A DNA stretch of 63,394 bases, the filler included, from Octopus bimaculoides (taxonomy: Eukaryota), in the NCBI RefSeq assembly GCF_001194135.2. It is 6 parts of 6 records of this genome, joined end to end, with 100 filler letters (N's around TTAATTAATTAA, not from the genome) between each part and the next. Parts side by side here need not be neighbours in the genome. Positions count along the whole stretch, not along the records: positions 47,862 to 58,266 come from NC_068996.1; positions 58,367 to 63,394 come from NC_068985.1; 4 more parts are not named here. One strand, 5' to 3'. Below are positions 49,707 through 62,649 of this stretch, piece by piece (the stretch's first letter is position 1; the number at the start of each line of letters is the position of its first letter). The notes beneath the pieces are model-generated. The model was given only the letters and a program-made list of their open reading frames with translations. It did not search any database and had not been told where the DNA came from. Position numbers and translations under genes: made by a program.

Positions 49707-50915
49707 TTACCTCCAACTTAGCAAAGGCGGAAGTATTGTTTTCAGTCGTGTTTGTTTGTTTGTTTGTTTGTTTGTTTGTTTGTCCGTGGACAAGATATTT
49801 CAAGAACTGATGGATGGATTCAGATGAAACTTTCAGGAATGTTTGGTATGAACTGATTAGATCTTGGGATCGATCCGATACCGGACAAGGATTCTGGATT
49901 ATTTTTTTATATTTTCTTTACTTTACATGTATATGTAAAGTTTCACATAGTTCTCTCATACATACACACACACACATATACTCACACATTTTGACACATT
50001 TACACACATGCACACACACACGCACACACACACATACACACACACACATGCACGCAAACATACCTCTCTTTTACATACACATATACTCACACCTCAAACG
50101 CTGTTTATATAAGTTTACCAGCTTTTTCACTCCTTCCTGTTATTTATCTATCACCCCTTCCTTTCTCATTCATGCGACTCTCTCTTTACCATTTACCTCC
50201 TCTACCTTCACCTCTCACTCCAACTCTATTTTATACATAAATATATATATAACCTCATACAGATATAGGGTAAAAATTAATAATTAATTAATAATTAGTA
50301 ATTTTACCAAGTAGTTTGGTGTGTTAAAAAACCATTATCGGTAAACTTATATAAACATAATTAAAATTAGGGATCAGCAAGAATTGCTTCACCACACACC
50401 GAAAATTAGAAATAGCAGTCAAAACTACTATTTCATTGGTGAAGCAATTCTTGCTGAACCCTAATTTTAATTATATATATTTTCCTCAGTAGTATAGTGG
50501 TAGTATCCCTGCCTGTCACGCAGGAGACCGGGGTTCGATTCCCCACCGGGGAGGCAACTATTTTTAAAGGCGGTGCTCCAGCATGGCCACAGTCAAATGA
50601 CTGAAACAAGTAAAAGAATAAAAGAATNNNNNNNNNNNNNNNNNNNNNNNNNNNNNNNNNNNNNNNNNNNNNNNNNNNNNNNNNNNNNNNNNNNNNNNNN
50701 NNNNNNNNNNNNNNNNNNNNNNNNNNNNNNNNNNNNNNNNNNNNNNNNNNNNNNNNNNNNNNNNNNNNNNNNNNNNNNNNNNNNNNNNNNNAACCTGTGT
50801 GATCCATAGGGATCTTTGACATTAAAATTGTAACCTTCTCATATATATATTTGGAATTTACAAAGAAACGAAAGACGAAGACAGATGTACAAACAACAAA
50901 CAGGTATATTAGTTT

Positions 50916-50967
<52 letters not shown>

Positions 50968-51255
50968 AATATATAAAAAGACAATGCTCATTATTATATT
51001 AGTAAATTATACATACATTTTAACACTTTACAGTATACATACATATATACATAATTCTATACATGGTTTAAAACAACAGGATTACTAAAGGAAGACCAGA
51101 ATTTAAGAGAAGAGAAAACCAAAAGGTCTCATGCTATTCATTGAAAGATTTCATTTCAGATATTCTCATTTTAAAAATCATCTCCGCTTAATTGGTGAGA
51201 GAACGTTGGTGTTGTGTTGGCGGAGGTTTGCACTCTCTGAGTGTTCCTGTTATCA
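49707..51255 (+). mobile_element. HINE/DINE-like (Helentron-associated) element interrupted by internal insertions
   Basis: 5' ttattacctccaacttagcaaaggcggaag plus (GTTT)n plus ggattcagatgaaactttcagg; 3' ttggcggaggtttgcactctctgagtgttc with the sub-terminal repeat. The two ends may belong to different copies. Confidence 0.55.
50483..50553 (+). tRNA. tRNA-Asp(GTC), probably a decayed copy or pseudogene
   Basis: TCCTCAGTAGTATAGTGGTAGTATCCCTGCCTGTCACGCAGGAGACCGGGGTTCGATTCCCCACCGGGGAG. A-box, B-box (GGTTCGATTCC) and a perfect anticodon stem CCTGC/GCAGG around GTC; TTTTT follows at ~50561. One acceptor-stem and one T-stem mismatch, both CpG->CpA type. Confidence 0.85.
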
Positions 51256-51334
51256 TTATTATCGATTTGACTCAAGTTTGTTCTTATTCCTAGTAGAATT
51301 TACGTGGGTAGCAGGTAACCTGTAACCTTCACAA

Positions 51335-51360
51335 TAATGATGATGATAATAATAATGATG

Positions 51361-51403
<43 letters not shown>

Positions 51404-51429
51404 CAATAATAATAATAATAATAACGATT

Positions 51430-51475
<46 letters not shown>

Positions 51476-51479
51476 TAAC

Positions 51480-51517
<38 letters not shown>
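51335..51517. repeat. (TAA)n microsatellite. Others at 291-378, 975-1038, 24010-24092, 33255-33370, 36960-37080.
   Basis: Direct reading. Confidence 0.95.
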
Positions 51518-51999
51518 CAAATTCACTCACAAGGCTTTGGTTGGCTCGAGGCTATAGTAGAAGACACTTGCCCAAGGTGCCATGCAGTGAGACTGAACCC
51601 GGAACCATGTGGCTGGTAAGCAAGCTACTTACCACACAGCCACTCCTGTGCCTAGGAAGCCAATTGTAACAGAGTGGTTACCAGAATGTAACAGGCGTGA
51701 TGTTAAAGAAGAGAAAGATGATGTGAATGTTGTTGGACTTCAGGGAGTAAGGACAGTGGTTGATGTTGTAGATAACATGTATTTTATTTACCGTTACTTA
51801 ATATGTATAGCCTGACCACGACAAGCAGGTGTGTATAATATAATTGAGATTTAATTTTTCCTTCTTGAGTGTGTATAATGTTCTTGTCATTCTAGGAGCA
51901 GGAAAGAGATAGACAGGGTGATGTTTGTTAGAAAAGGCTGTATGGCTAGGGAGAATTTCAAGGTTCGACTTTGAATCTCAGTTAGGACCAAACAAAGTC

Positions 52000-52310
52000 T
52001 CTACACACACATAAGTGGCAAAGAACTAGAAAAGGTCGAAAAGTACAATCTACTAAAAGATGAAATTACAAGAGGAGAGTATCATTACAAGAGGAGAGTA
52101 TCATTACAAGAGGAGAGTATCATTACAAGAGGAGAGTATCATTACAAGAGGAGAGTATCATTACAAGAGGAGAGTATCTGTGAGGGGAGTATCTATGAGG
52201 GGAGTATCATTCTAGTAGTTGTAGGGACACTTGGAGCATTAACAACCAAGTTTGAGAAATATGTCAAAGCAATCGGAATTGACATGAGAGCAGAGCAAGC
52301 CCCAAAACAC
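52000..52310 (+). mobile_element. R4/Dong 3' fragment containing a 19-bp minisatellite (6 x attacaagaggagagtatc, 52065-52178)
   Basis: KELEKVEKYNLLKDEITR...VVVGTLGALTTKFEKYVKAIGIDMRAEQA. Confidence 0.8.
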
Positions 52311-52392
52311 AAAATAGCTTCTCTCTAACTATATGTATGTGTTTATTTGTGTACGTGTGGACAAGCACTCACATATATACACACAACCATAT

Positions 52393-52558
52393 AGGCGCAG
52401 GAGTGGCTGTGTGGTAAGTAGCTTGCTTACCAACCACATGATTCCGGGTTCATTCCCTCTGCATGGCACCTTGGGCAAGTGTCTTCTACTATAGCCTCGG
52501 GCCAACCATACTCATGTGAGTGGATTTGGTAGATGGAAACTGAAAGAAGCACGTCGTA
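52393..52558 (+). mobile_element. SINE family A (tRNA-like head gtggctgtgtggtaag...ggttccgggttca). Other copies ~4876-5031(+), 18826-18968(-), 23437-23586(-), 26957-27112(-), 46038-46188(+), 51517-51654(-).
   Basis: Multiple dispersed homologous ~160-bp copies with A/B-box-like head and microsatellite tails. Confidence 0.85.
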
Positions 52559-52674
52559 TATATGTATATATATATGCATATGTGTTATGTGTAAGAGATA
52601 ACGATAATGGTAAAAAGATGAAAGGCAAAGTCAACCTCGGTGGTATTTGAACTTAGAACATTNNNNNNNNNNTC

Positions 52675-52812
52675 CGTCACTTAGCAGTTCGGCAAAAGAG
52701 ACCGAAAGAATAAGTACTAGGCTTACAAAGAGTAAGTCCTGGGGTGGATTTGCTCGACTAAAGGCGGTGCTCCAGCATGGCCACAGTCAAATGACTGAAA
52801 CAAGTAAAAGAG
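52675..52812 (+). mobile_element. SINE family C 3' module (ggcggtgctccagcatggccacagtcaaatgactgaaacaagtaaaag). Other copies ~5600-5660(-), 7345-7421(+), 15710-15885(+), 26392-26585(-), 28975-29155(-), 45429-45483(+), 50566-50627(+).
   Basis: Dispersed homologous copies, often 5'-truncated. Confidence 0.8.
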
Positions 52813-53544
52813 TAACCATATGCATATGTGTTATGTGTAAGAGATAACGATAATGGTAAAAAGATGAAAGGCAAAGTCAACCTCGGTGGTATTTGAACTT
52901 AGAACATTAAGACAGGTGAAAGCATTTTACCTGGCGTGCTAACGATTCTGCCAGCTTGCCACCTTACTTTTGATACAATATTAACTTCTCTAAGTCAATG
53001 AGATAGCCTCCATATGGTTGTTGAAGCTGCTAGAGATAATAGCAAAATCTCTCTCAAATCATATTTATTGAAAGGACATATTGGATAACATAGTCTGTGC
53101 TGTACTATGTGTGAAAAGATGAGATGGTCACAATTAGAATGCCTTTGTTTGTAGGTCTGCTCTGTCTTGTGAGAAAGTGACAGTCACTAAAAAAGAAAAA
53201 AAAAAAGATAAAAAGTTTGTTATTTTATTTAGGTAGTGTCCTACTTTGAACAGCCCTCACTTTCAGAACACCCACCATCACTGCTAATTAGGTCACCTAC
53301 ATAGCACAAACTGCCAACATCTCAGGAGCCTTCATAAATTTATTTCCATGTGTTTCTTTACTGCTTACTTACTCATATGCACCTGCTACACACACAACCA
53401 TTTTCTCTCTCAGTCTACCTGTATTTCAATTGGATGCACAATGTACAATTCCTACTATTTCATTTCAATATAGAGAGAACATGACAACCACTTCCAATAT
53501 GGTGGAACAGACCTGTTTTCTTTCCTGCTAAGTCTTGAGTCTTC

Positions 53545-54294
53545 AGCATTTAGATTTCTTTGTCAAACGAAAGGCTTATGAATTCACATTGTTTTGGAAT
53601 TAAACCTGCATTATCTCATAACTTTGAGATTTCAATGATGTGACTGTTTATTTTTAGAACAGCATTGTAGGGTAGATGTGAGAGGCCAGAAATGGCTGGC
53701 TTGAACATAAAACACGTAGAATATTAGAGCTGGATATGACCAGTCTAAAGGCTAAAGAATTAAGCTTTACTCTGTCAAATGACAGATTACTCTGTCAAAT
53801 GACAGATTACTCTGTCAAATGTAATGCTGTAATGCTTATTTATTCACATTGTTTTAAATTAATCATGCTTCATCTCATAGCTTTGAGATTTTGATGATGT
53901 GATTTTTTATTTTTAGAATGACATTGTAGGGTAGATGTGAGAGGCCAGAAATGGCTGGCTTGAACATAAAACACGTAGAATATTAGAGCTGGATATGACC
54001 AGTCTAAAGGCTAAAGAATTAAGCTTTACCATGTCAAATGACAGATTACTCTGTCAAATGACAGATTACTCTGTCAAATGACATATTATTCTGTCAAATG
54101 TGATGTTTACTTATTCACATTGTTTTCAATTAATCCTGTACTATCTCATAGCTTTGAGATTTCAATGATGTGATTATTTATTTTTAGTATAATATTTTAG
54201 GGTAAGTGTGAGAGACCAGATGTGGCCAGTTTAAAGATAAAGCAGGTAGATTATTTTGGCCAAATACAGTTGGTTTAAATGTTAATGGGTTAAG
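53545..54294. mobile_element. Head-to-tail trimer of a piggyBac-like MITE (~220-270 bp units)
   Basis: Three copies of ttcacattgtttt...tgtgagaggccag...gctaaag..ttaa; junctions carry 19-bp cagattactctgtcaaatga duplications. Confidence 0.7.
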
Positions 54295-55064
54295 GTCTCT
54301 AGATTTCAAAGCCTTTGCATTTACAATTTCAATTTCAGTTATAGGCTTCAGATAATCAGTATAGAAATGTCAAACTATCATTGACATTTTTCTTATTGCT
54401 CGAAAAGCAATAGTGACCACAAGAGACCTGTGGACATCTTCTCACTGACTAAACTCCTCAATGAACTCCTTAGTGACTCCCCTCTTCACCACAGCATTCT
54501 GTACGTGGCTTATATGGTTCTCACAAGTCATATATCTACATCAATTGTTCGTAGTGTAACGGTGATTTGAAACCACAGGATTTGAAACATTACCACTAAA
54601 CCACTAGTGTCATGTGATTGGTCTGTTAAGCAGCCAATCAGCATTAAGCCATTGTGTGATTCAGTCTTCTAGAATCTTCTTGTATCCCATATAAAGCTGC
54701 TTTTGGTGCCAACACTCCTTGCAGAGTATCAAAAGCAGCCGATTCAACAACACATCTCACCTTTTGCTATGCAGAAAGTTTTGAGGTAGCTGTGTAAGAT
54801 GTGCCTCCATTATTACCAGATTAGACAGTTCCAGATATTACTGCAGACATCTCCACGTTCTTAGGACAGTCTCAACTAAACATTCACACAATGTCTCATA
54901 ACTTCTTCAAATACAATGCAGTTCTTCCTTCTCTCCCAGTATGGAATTATTGCTGCTGTTATTTGTAAAAGACCAGTGTATATTCCTCAAAGTGCAGTAG
55001 TAAAATCTTTCATTAACTGTTGGGGTTACCAGGCAACAAACACTCCTTCGACATTAGTAACCAC

Positions 55065-55905
55065 CAAAGGTGGGCATTGTTAATCAAAAAGTTAACTTCA
55101 TTAATCATTAATCCATTAACTAAAAAGTTAACTTCAATAACCATTAATCCATTAACTAAAAAGTTAACTTCAATAACTGTCAATCAGTTGATTCTTTAAA
55201 AATGTAAAGGAAGTAATCGATAAACCATTAACATTAAGTTTTATTATAGAAATAAACTAAAAACCAGATTTTGTTCTAAAACCACCTGAAACACCTTTAA
55301 AAAAATGCCAAAACTATAAAATCTGAACTTCATTCCAATTGAAATTAATGGAAGTTAAACTCAAGTTGACTTGAATTAACAGAAATTAAATATTATGGAA
55401 GTTAATTAGTCTGATAATGATTTTCAAAGTTAACTTTTTACTCGGCTTGCGAAGACCTGTTGAGGCAAGCGAAAGCGAAATCGTGATGGCACCTGTGCCC
55501 TGGCATTTGTACCGGTGGCACGTGTAAGGACATTCGAGCGAGATCGTTGCCAGTGCTGCTGGACTGGCTCCCGTGCAGGTGGCACATAAAATACACCATT
55601 TTGAGTGTGGCCGTTGCCAGTGCCGCCTGACTGGCCTTCATGCCAGTGGCACGTAAAAGCACTCACTACACTCTCAGAGTGGTTGGTGTTAGGAAGGGCA
55701 TCCAGCTGTAGAAACTCTGCCAAATCAGATTGGAGTCTGGTGTAGCCATCCGCTTTGCCAGTCCTCAGTCAAATCGTCCAACCCATGCTAGCATGGAAAG
55801 CGGACATTGAACGATGATGATGATGATGATGAACTTAAAAGTTAAATCATCAACGAAAATGTTAACTTCATTAATTAATTATTAATGGTTTGGTGCCCAG
55901 GTTTG
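55065..55905. mobile_element. hAT-superfamily MITE with 8-bp TSD, interrupted by a SINE at ~55441-55830
   Basis: TIR CAAAGGTGGGCA / TGCCCAGGTTTG; flanks GTAACCAC (55057-55064) and GCAACCAC (55906-55913); repeated AAGTTAACTT motifs. Confidence 0.8.
55441..55830 (+). mobile_element. SINE or LINE-tail family ending in (GAT)n. Other copies ~16965-17190(+), 26755-26843(-).
   Basis: Shared tcgtccaacccatgctagcatggaaagcggacg...gatgatgat end. Confidence 0.8.
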
Positions 55906-56078
55906 GCAACCACCAATCTACAGATCATGATACCTTTACAAAAAACTCTTCCAGATCATTAAACCTGTAGGTAGAATGGCTTGGTCTTTGCTAAAAAGTT
56001 CCGTAGCAAACCTGATGAGGGAGAAGTCATCAATAGTAACCTGCCCTGGTACAAACTTGAACTGCATCTCCTCATTAC

Positions 56079-56197
56079 AATTCTCTTCTTAATTGAATTC
56101 TCTTCTTAATTGAATTCTCTTCTTAATTGAATTCTCTTCTTAATTGAATTCTCTTCTTAATTGAATTCTCTTCTTAATTGAATTCTCTTCTTAATTA
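56079..56197. repeat. 17-bp tandem repeat x7 (aattctcttcttaattg)
   Basis: Counted directly. Confidence 0.95.
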
Positions 56198-56562
56198 GTA
56201 ATGATGTATAACTCTTTCTATTACTTCCATAACTCAATCCATCAAATGGTACCTCTTTAGTTTCTTCGTTGTAGAATCTCCTCCATCCCCATATGCCCAT
56301 GTAGCATTTGAGGATCATGGTATGTTACATCAGAGATTAGGTATGATCCTTTCCTTATACCATCTGATTGACTATGTGAGCTATGAGCACATGAAATACT
56401 TCCCCAGACATTATCCATCATCCTGGATACTGTCTCTGAGGAACCAGCAACTTTCTCTGTCTTCATAACCTTGATTTACTTTTCTATCATGTAACTATCA
56501 ATTCCAATGGCTGTTCAACCTAGTTGGGTCTTCAAAAGATAGCCACCAGAACAACGCCCCAG

Positions 56563-56643
<81 letters not shown>

Positions 56644-56857
56644 GTGTGATAGCATTTTTTTCTTTTCCACATCAGTGTGAACAAATGAACACCTATCATT
56701 TTGCACACATTTTGCCCCAATGACAGCCTGATTTACATTAACACACTTCTTTGCAACCCAGAACACTTATGACCTTCACATCACAGAACATTGGAAAGCT
56801 CCTTACTTTCAGCTTCTCTTCTTTGTTAAATATATATGATATATAACATCACTTCTA

Positions 56858-57585
56858 CTCAGTGATTAGAGCATCAAGCTTACGATCGTAAGGTTGTGAG
56901 TTCGATTCCCAGACCGGGCTGCATGTTGTGTTCTTGAGCGAGATACTTTATTTCACATTCCTCTAGTTTACTAAGCTGTAGAAATGAGCTGCAACATCAT
57001 TGGTGCCAAGCTGTATCAATCTTTGTTTTTCTCTTAGATAACATCGGTGGCTTGGAGAAGGGAGGCTGGTATGCATGACCGACTGTTGGTCTTCCATAAA
57101 TAACCTCATCCAGACTTGTGCCTCAGAAGGGAACTTTCTAGGTGCAATCCCATGGTCAGTCATGACCGAAGGGGGTCTCCTCCTCNNNNNNNNNNNNNNN
57201 NNNNNNNNNNNNNNNNNNNNNNNNNNNNNNNNNNNNNNNNNNNNNNNNNNNNNNNNNTTATTTGATGTTGTCCCTTTCTTGCATTCTTCCAGAAGGTGTG
57301 TGTGGCTTAGTGGTTAGGTTATTTTGCTCACAATCCTAAGGTTGTAAGTTTGATTCCTGGCATTGCGTCCTTGAGCAAGACACTTTATTTCATGTTGTTC
57401 CGGTCCACTCAGCTGGCAAAAATGAGTAGTACCTGTATTTCAAAGGGGCCAGCCTTGTTGCATTCAGTGTGTCATGTTGAGCTACATGTTACGCATGTTA
57501 ATTTCATGAGTAAGCTGTTCTGTTTATTGGATCAACTGGAACCTTTGTTGTTTCAAGCTATGCAAGCGTGGAAAACAGATGTTAA

Positions 57586-57590
<5 letters not shown>
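56858..57590 (+). mobile_element. SINE family E, two adjacent copies. Other copies ~19745-20085(-), 22075-22345(+), 45845-45960(-).
   Basis: tRNA-like head (ggttgtgagttcgattccc) and shared catgttaatttcacgag...ggatcaactggaacc or gagctgcaacatcactggtgccaagctgtatc segments. Confidence 0.7.
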
Positions 57591-57635
<45 letters not shown>

Positions 57636-57810
57636 GATGATGATGATGACGATGATGATGATGATGATGATGACGATGACGATGACGACGACGACGACGA
57701 CGACAACGACGACGATGACGACGACGACGACGACGATGATGATGATGATGATAATGATGATGATGACGACGATGGCGATGGTGATGGTGATGATGATGAT
57801 GATGATGATG
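57586..57810. repeat. Compound (GAT)n/(GAC)n microsatellite
   Basis: Direct reading; source of the spurious poly-D, poly-S and poly-M ORFs. Confidence 0.95.
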
Positions 57811-58929
57811 CCTTCTTTCATGGTTCTATAACTTTTAAAATTCCACCACCATGGTACTTTCTGTACTTTGTGTCAGAATGGCACTTTGCTCCATCCATAT
57901 ATCTGGTCTGTGACTCATTACATGCTGTCATTTATATTATAAACCCATTTCTCTTATTTCCTCATTTCTGTCACAAACACTCACACACACACACACACAT
58001 ACCCACACACACACACACACAACACACACACACACACACACACACCCACACCCACACCCACACACACACACACACTCACAACACATAGTACTTATAAATG
58101 GCAGAACGATCTTTTGGCCACTTTGCATTCTTCTTTCTCCAGAATTTTTGTTCTTCAATAGATTTATTTCAATGAAATACAAGTGTTACCAAAACATATA
58201 AAACTTGCCAATAACAACAAACGGTGGGCACTTTGTTATTTACTCATGATGTATAAAGTACACCAGNNNNNNNNNNNNNNNNNNNNNNNNNNNNNNNNNN
58301 NNNNNNNNNNTTAATTAATTAANNNNNNNNNNNNNNNNNNNNNNNNNNNNNNNNNNNNNNNNNNNNCACACACACACGCACATATATATATATATATAAA
58401 TATATACATGAAGCTTTTGTCCATCTCTAGAACTATGTTAAATAACATAACTCGGGTTCTTTTCTCTTCCTTTGAAAACAATATAATAGATTTGAGGGAG
58501 AATTGACTATAATTTCTGACAGGTTCGTTGACAACATAGAAGACTCCTTAGTTAGCTTCAGTTTCGCACCGTAACGGTAGTATTTCAACAGAATATATTA
58601 CCGCAACAATTATGTAAGGTCGATATGAATGAATGTGTTAATGGCGGAAAAAAACAGATAAATGTCAAAATAAGTTATTTTGAATTATTGAAAATTCTCT
58701 TTGAAATCATATTTTGCAGTCGTAGCACGTTTGCCAGCTTGAGGCATTGTTTGTTTTTTTTTATAAAATTTTTACAACATTGAACAGCTTCAATCGATTG
58801 AATGTATTTTATGAATTCCTGAATTCTTTAAGACTTGTGACCATTCCATCCCTCGATTCATTTATTTTGGGGCGATTCGCAGAACATATATACATGCCCG
58901 TTTATTATCTCTAAATTCAGCAATCATAC

Positions 58930-59198
58930 GAATTATATATATACATTTATAATGGGCATATATATACATGTGTGTATGTGTGTGTGCGTAAACGCATATA
59001 TATATATATATTCGTTTATATTTACATAAGGGGCATTACTATAGAATATATATATATATATGTATATATATATACATATATGTATATATATGGGTATGTA
59101 TATATGTATATATATACATATACATGTCTATATATATATACATGTAAGTACATATATATGCATATATATATACATATATATATATATAAATATATGTA

Positions 59199-59262
<64 letters not shown>

Positions 59263-60067
59263 NNNNNNNNNNNNNNNNNNNNNNNNNNNNNNNNNNNNNN
59301 NNNNNNNNNNNNNNNNNNNNNNNNNNNNNNNNNNNNNNNNNNNNNNNNNNNNNNNNNNNNNNNNNNNNNNNNNNNNNNNNNNNNNNNNNNNNNNNNNNNN
59401 NNNNNNNNNNNNNNNNNNNNNNNNNNNNNNNNNNNNNNNNNNNNNTCTATATATATATATATATAATATTATATAATATAATATTTTTAAAAAGGTTTAT
59501 TTAAATAACTACGGTACATATGTTCCCACAATAGATATTTATATAATAAATCAGCAATTGAAATCTGAATAATGTTTAAAATGAGGGAAAATATAGGCTA
59601 TATTTTTCTTCATTTTACACATTTATTTAGACCTCAATTGCCGATGAAATGATAGATATTATTATATAAACATCTATTATGGAAACATTTGTACTGCAGT
59701 TATTTAAATAAATCTTTTAAAATATTATATTCTATTACTCTATGGATTTTTTTTTATGATATGATCTGATTAACTAGGTAAGTAAAAAAGTTTTCTCAAT
59801 AATTCGTATGGTTTCCATATGGAGTTTCTAAGTTATGCTTAATTGTTCCTATTTTAAACAAGAGGATACATAACCCATTAAAAATGAATATATATATCTT
59901 TATATAAATCTCTCTATATATAATAAATCTAAATATATATATAAATCTATCTATCTATCTATCTATACATACATACATACATACATACATACATACATAC
60001 ACATATATACACATATATATATACATATGTATACTTATATACATATATATGAATATGTATGTTCTTG

Positions 60068-60121
<54 letters not shown>

Positions 60122-61063
60122 CATATATATCTGTCTATCTATGTATCTGTACTTATTTATCTATTTTTCTATTTACGAATTAAAAGCAGCGCTGGTGTTG
60201 TAAGCATTTTCGACCGCATATACTCAATGTATGTGCTTTGCTTGTTCGCCGGTTCACTGTGGGGTAGGGCCTAGGAGACGACTCCTTGATAGCACTGAGT
60301 GTTAAAACATCGGAAAGTCATAGAAAGGTGAGACAACTCACCCCCAATCCCATTCAGGAGCGATGGATACTGATATTTCACCATTATGTTTGTGGTTTAT
60401 CAATCTCACGTACATGAATCGAGCAGGAATGGAACTGAATTGCCATTTGTATGAATATATACAAATAGTGTAGAAACTATTTGCGAGTGCGCCACGACGA
60501 TACATTTGTAAGATTAAATTCAATTACGAATTCAAAGCAGCGCTAGTTTTGTAAACATTATCGACCGCACAAAATCAGTGCATATTTTTAACTTGCATAC
60601 ATATATACTTACACGCATTTGTTAAAACACACCTAGATAGTTATATACCAACATACATACTTATACATACATTGACAAAAATCAGCATAAGAGTCCGTGA
60701 TAAGACTGTTCCAATGAATTGCTGCTACCGTTAAACCGAAGGCCTTCTAAATAATTTCTGTTTACCACATTTTAAATAATTTCTGTTTACCGTATTTCAA
60801 ACGATTTGATTCAGGAATTGCCACGAACAGAAATCGAAATTGGGACTTCATGATTATGAAACGAACCTTTTAAATATTCATCCACGTTGCATCTAAACAA
60901 CTATCTCTATTAAAGTGAGTCGCGTAATTTCGTTAGGACAAATAAAACTATTTCAGTATGTTGACATGAGAGATGATTTTTGCAGACTGCAAAATTGTGG
61001 TGGGTGTTTGTAATATAATGGATAATATACCACAACGTCAGAAGTCACGATCGATTCGGTCAG

Positions 61064-61153
<90 letters not shown>

Positions 61154-62108
61154 AGAAAGAAAGCAATATCATATGTAAAAGCTTCACGATGGTACTAAAT
61201 TTAATATTTAAAACCCTTGTAAATAAGACAACGAGTGTTGATATAAGAAGTTCACATAAATTGCAGAAAATACATCTCGAAGCATTTTCATATTGCAGTT
61301 ATAATTGAACACTTGAAAATATAGTATTAAACATATTATAGGAATTAAAATGCAATTAAAGAAAACATGTAAACAGAAAAAAAAATTAAACAATTACATT
61401 CTAAAATAAATACATACGAAACCCTTCTACAGTGAGACACTATAACAAATTTGTTTCGATTCGTTTCTATTTTACGATAACCGCAGCACTGCTTTGTGCG
61501 TAAAATCAATGCCATCACTATATGTAGCTTTCGTTCTTCACTCTCATAAGTACACCTTGCGTTTGTGTAATATATATTTATTTTAATATGCGTTTCGCAA
61601 TTTCTTTTCCTGTGTCTCCTTGTTTACGATAATTACGTTCTAATTTTTAGGTTTTTTTTTAAACGAAATTATCGATCTTTCTCTAAAACGAAACAAAGTG
61701 AATCATTATATGATACGTACATACGTACAAACATACAGGCACACACACATACAGTCACACACATGCATATATACATACTCACATACACATACACATACAC
61801 ACATACATACATATAATCAGACGCAGACACACGCACACACATATATAGGTGAATGTGTGTGCATGTAAATATACACACTCCTATTTATATATATGCATAT
61901 ATAAACATACACACTCATACACACACACATATATAGATAGATAGATATATCCAGACGCACACAAATATATATAAACATACACACACAGAGACACTCACGT
62001 ACACAGCACACATAAGCATATATATACATAGTTACACACACATACACACACATACATATACTCACACATAGATATATACATACTCACACACACGCACACA
62101 CACACGCG

Positions 62109-62141
<33 letters not shown>

Positions 62142-62591
62142 GCTGACACACACACACACATAGGTGAATGTGTATGCATGTAAATTCACACACATCTATA
62201 CACACACTCATATTTATATGTATTCATACATACATATATATATAGATATACATACACACACATATATATATAAACACACACAGACACTCACACGCACAAT
62301 ACACACGCACTCTCCCACACAACTCACACACACATATATATGCATGTACTTATAAGTATATACACGTAGTAACACATCCACGTGCACTCTTATGTAAATA
62401 TTACACATTAAATTTATATATAAGTGTGTGCGTGAGACAGTGTATATATGTTTGTATGCATGTATGTATGTATGTATGTATGTATGTATGTATGTATGTA
62501 TGTTTGTATGTATGTATGCATGTATGTAAGTATGTATTTACGTACGTATGTGTATATGAAGGTATGAAGAATACTGTTGAAAATGGAAGTG

Positions 62592-62649
<58 letters not shown>

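Larger units (their letters stand above)
54400..56500 (-). mobile_element. Old RTE-clade LINE interrupted by a hAT MITE and a 17-bp minisatellite
   Basis: MKTEKVAGSSETVSRMM (K.GKA.GPS....EML), QFKFVPGQVTID (Q.GF.PGR.T.D), DLEE (DLEKAFD). Confidence 0.55.

Noticed and set aside
29855-58322. Recurring TTAATTAATTAA
   Set aside because: Always isolated between N runs; an artificial scaffolding linker.
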